NCBI GenBank assembly: GCA_964016885.1
Contig: OZ024740.1
Location: forward strand, 12,896,001-12,960,000
Source: Eledone cirrhosa
Taxonomy: Eukaryota
DNA: 64,000 nt
Direction: 5' to 3'
Of the stretch, positions 63,436-64,000 are shown piece by piece. The number at the start of each line of letters is the position of its first letter. The first letter of the stretch is position 1. Both the position numbers and the translations under genes were made by a program. The notes beneath the pieces were generated by a model. That model did not search any database. It was given only the letters and a program-made list of their open reading frames with translations, and was not told where the DNA came from.

Positions 63436-64000
63436 TAATGTCTCTAGTCAAATGTCTTGTCTCTAGTTTAATGTCTTGTCTCTAGTCTAATGTCTCTAGT
63501 CTAATGACTTGTCTCTAGTCCAATGTCTTGTCTCTAGTCTAAAGTCTTGTCTCTAGTCTAATGTCTTGACTCTAGCCTAATGTCTTGTCTCTAGACTAAT
63601 GTCTCTAGTCTAATGTCTTGTCTCTAGTCTAATGTCTCTAGTCTAATGTCTCTAGTCTAATGTCTTGTCTCTAGTCTCATGTCTTGTCTCTAGTCTAATG
63701 TCTCTAGTCTAATGTCTTGTCTCTAGTCTAATGTCTTGTCCCTAGTCTAATTTCTTGTCTCTAGTCTAATGTCTTGTCTCTAGTCTAACGTTTTGTCTCT
63801 AGTCTAATATCTCTAGTCTAATGTCTTGTCTCTAGTTTCAGGACTTGTCTCTAGTCTAATGTCTTGTCTCTAGTCTTATACCTTGTCTCTAGTCTAATGT
63901 CTCTAGTCTAATGTCTTGTCTCTAGTCTAATGTCTTGTCTCTAGTCTATTGTCTCTAGTCGAATGTATTGTCTCTAGTCTAATATCTTGTCTCTAGTCTA

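Larger units (their letters stand above)
1..64000. repeat. Tandem satellite array of mixed 19-bp (AATGTCTTGTCTCTAGTCT) and 14-bp (AATGTCTCTAGTCT) monomers; runs off both window ends
   Basis: Every line parses into these two monomers or 1-3 substitution variants of them, all in the same orientation. The consensus 19-mer is 9 T, 4 C, 3 G, 3 A (37% GC, strongly pyrimidine-rich on +). Confidence 0.99.

Noticed and set aside
1-64000. Protein-coding repeat ORF on either strand
   Set aside because: Each monomer has TAA and TAG on + and two TAG on -. Since 19 and 14 are not multiples of 3, stops cycle through all six frames, so no long ORF is possible.
1-64000. Micro-ORFs in every monomer: ATG TCT TGT CTC TAG (MSCL*) in the 19-mer and ATG TCT CTA GTC TAA (MSLV*, TAATG stop-start overlap) in the 14-mer
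   Set aside because: A real pattern, but expected by chance in a short AT-rich monomer. There is no promoter or ribosome-binding context, and the ATG and stops are freely mutated (AATA, AACG, AAAG, CTCG).
1-64000. CRISPR array
   Set aside because: Repeats are directly adjacent with no unique spacers, leader or cas genes.
1-64000. Telomerase-synthesised telomeric repeat with stuttering (14/19 variants)
   Set aside because: Point variants are inherited in multi-kb ordered blocks, which indicates DNA-level duplication rather than fresh templated synthesis. There is no G-rich telomere-like strand. A subtelomeric location is not excluded.
1-64000. Long/short monomer order as an information-bearing code
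   Set aside because: The order is explained by block duplications and single-monomer gains or losses; nothing in the sequence indicates a reading mechanism.
1-64000. Identity with the Drosophila AAGAC satellite or D. virilis heptamer satellites
   Set aside because: The minus strand contains AAGAC only once per 19-mer, and the 7-bp subunits (AGACATT, AGACTAG) do not match ACAAACT-type heptamers. No taxonomic assignment is supportable.
1-64000. Hairpin or cruciform potential from CTAG, TCTAGA and CTCGAG palindromes
   Set aside because: The palindromes are short (mostly 4-6 bp) and no inverted monomer block exists, so stable secondary structure is unsupported.

Overview
The whole 64-kb window is one uninterrupted tandem satellite array in a single orientation, most likely eukaryotic heterochromatin; I cannot identify the organism from the sequence. 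It is built from two interspersed monomers: a 19-mer (AATGTCTTGTCTCTAGTCT) and a 14-mer (AATGTCTCTAGTCT, the 19-mer minus TGTCT). I see no protein-coding genes, RNA genes, CRISPR array, mobile element, inversion or unique sequence, and stop codons recur in all six frames. The structure of interest is hierarchical. There is a 175-bp 10-monomer higher-order repeat (HOR) near the start, and a roughly 2-3 kb modular HOR traceable by recurrent variant monomers. Several recent tandem duplications have offsets of about 2.09, 3.33, 2.20, 2.90 and 1.93 kb, and there are longer-range repeats at about 7.3 and 12 kb. Both window ends share variants that are missing from the middle. I found no support for a novel gene-based system. 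Coordinates were counted by eye from diagnostic variants, so boundaries are approximate to one or two monomers.
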